Source: a bacterium (GTDB lineage Bacteria; Zhuqueibacterota; Zhuqueibacteria; Oceanimicrobiales; Oceanimicrobiaceae). Taken from it: DNA of 27,870 nt. The notes under the pieces are model-generated. The model saw only the letters and a program-made list of their open reading frames with translations. It searched no databases and was not told the DNA's origin. Location: assembly GCA_046757165.1 (NCBI GenBank), contig JBHHXT010000051.1, positions 1-27,870 of the forward strand, read 5' to 3'. A program made the position numbers and the translations under genes. This document shows, in pieces, positions 26,841 through 27,870 of this stretch (positions within the stretch are counted from its first letter, which is position 1; the number at the start of each line of letters is the position of its first letter).

Positions 26841-26890
26841 TGTTACACCCTCCATTGAGTTGTCTGACTAAGTACTGGTTTTCATAACTT

Positions 26891-27000
26891 CGATGACATA
26901 TCGCCTCACGCAAAGCCGCAAAGTCCGCAGAGAAATGAAGGTCAAAAACAAACAAACTCGACGTGCCTGGCGTCTTTGAGTGAGATTAAATACGTCATCG
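26891..27000. repeat. ~110-bp imperfect inverted-repeat (MITE-like) element built on CGCAAAG units
   Basis: CTCACGCAAAGCCGCAAAG (26905-26923) matches the reverse complement of 26966-26984 (CTCACTCAAAGACGCCAGG) at 15/19. Outer CGATGACATA (26891-26900) matches the reverse complement of 26991-27000 at 9/10. Confidence 0.55.
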
Positions 27001-27047
27001 TATTTACGAATTCCTGAACTAAGTTGAGTAAAGTTGAACCATTTTGT

Positions 27048-27869
27048 TCAGAAGGTCACCTCGAGCTGTGTTGACAGATGCAGGTTGCCCTCATCGAAAT
27101 TGTTGTGAAACATCCAGCCGAACTCCAGAATCATCCAACGAGTTCGCTGGTTGATTTGATGCCTGAATCCATGAAAGACTTTGTAGGTCGCGTCCTCGAC
27201 CAGATCCCCGGCCGCATACAGCCGCCAGGTCTCATACAATCCATAAAGACTCAACCGGGTGCCAAGCGAGTAACTAAACTGGACATAAGCGCCTAGAGAT
27301 GAAAGTGAGTTCAGGCCTGCAATGCCCTGGGAAAGTTCCTCCGAAATGTTTGCAACGCCTGTCTGCTGTATGCTTCTCGGATTGTTGTTCTTCTGAAAGA
27401 CTGCTTCTCCTGAGAGAGAGAATCTTGGGGTCAGGAATTGCCAGTCGACGCCATAGGCGTACCTTTTGTTGGTGGAAAACTCAGCGAGGTAAGCGGAGGC
27501 CCCGAGACCAAACTTAGTGCCAGTATATCCCAGACGGGCCACGAAATCCTTGGATTTATCGTTGTCCGCCCGGTCCAGGCTCGAAGTACGGCCGCTTCGG
27601 CCGTGAACCAGCGCGGCCTTCATCACCACGCCGCTGTCAAAGTTTTTGTCTACCTGAATCCCCAACTCGATCTTTTTGAGTGCGAAACCGTTGACGAGTG
27701 TATTGTTCTTGGTTGATGTAAAATTTCTGTGTGAGGTAAAATCAGACCACAACCCGAATGGGTTGCGAATTTGGCCAATCATAACGCCGAAGCCACTATC
27801 TTCGATGTTATCGATCCGGGCATAGAGCTGTTCAAACTCGATCTCTTCCTCTGGTTGAGACTCGATACT
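27048..27869 (-). CDS. Outer-membrane beta-barrel / porin-like protein, 5'-truncated by the window edge
   Basis: Frame stays open from the window end (SIESQPEEEIEFEQLYARID...). G...PFG and DND.SKDFVARLG segments resemble OprO/P-like porins; alternating aromatic strands; C-terminal LEVTF. Confidence 0.7.
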   Translation of the reverse strand, partial: SIESQPEEEIEFEQLYARIDNIEDSGFGVMIGQIRNPFGLWSDFTSHRNFTSTKNNTLVNGFALKKIELGIQVDKNFDSGVVMKAALVHGRSGRTSSLDRADNDKSKDFVARLGYTGTKFGLGASAYLAEFSTNKRYAYGVDWQFLTPRFSLSGEAVFQKNNNPRSIQQTGVANISEELSQGIAGLNSLSSLGAYVQFSYSLGTRLSLYGLYETWRLYAAGDLVEDATYKVFHGFRHQINQRTRWMILEFGWMFHNNFDEGNLHLSTQLEVTF

Positions 27870-27870
27870 C

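Noticed and set aside
26905..26932. c-di-GMP-I riboswitch suggested by CGCAAAGCC
   Set aside because: The upstream GCAAA/GNRA P2 stem is absent, the motif is on the strand opposite the flanking genes, and the inverted-repeat reading fits better.
26950..26970. Sigma-54 promoter for the TPR gene (GGCACG on the minus strand)
   Set aside because: Spacing gives GG-N10-TT rather than GC.
1..27870. CRISPR array, tRNA, rRNA, transposase, integrase or phage genes
   Set aside because: No regularly spaced direct repeats, cloverleaf or T-arm signatures, or such protein motifs were seen by eye; a covariance-model scan was not possible.

Overview
Gene-dense bacterial chromosomal window with about 21 CDS. 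A PorV-like barrel, a T9SS/FlgD-type C-terminal domain and a TonB-dependent receptor suggest a diderm FCB-related lineage such as KSB1 or Calditrichota (inference only). Left part: an M1 aminopeptidase divergent from an M20 amidohydrolase-tilS-hpt-ftsH-folP-cdaA-HupE/UreJ run, converging on a PduO-type cobalamin adenosyltransferase. Middle: a sensor kinase and an NtrC-family sigma-54 activator, then a well-formed sigma-54 promoter. Downstream of it lie a LysM membrane protein, a single-domain receiver, an FN3 + T9SS-like CTD protein and a PorV-like barrel fused to SH3b. Right part (minus strand): a partial outer-membrane barrel, a TPR membrane protein, an internally deleted SDR remnant, a TonB-dependent receptor, a 1140-aa fusion of a Mo/W-bisPGD oxidoreductase with a NifS/IscS-type cysteine desulfurase, and a hypothetical gene. 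The most notable items are the Mo-enzyme/desulfurase fusion and the putative sigma-54-controlled envelope module. Small REP-like and MITE-like palindromic elements occur in intergenic regions. I recognised no tRNA, rRNA, CRISPR array or transposase. All calls come from reading motifs by eye; no searches were run.
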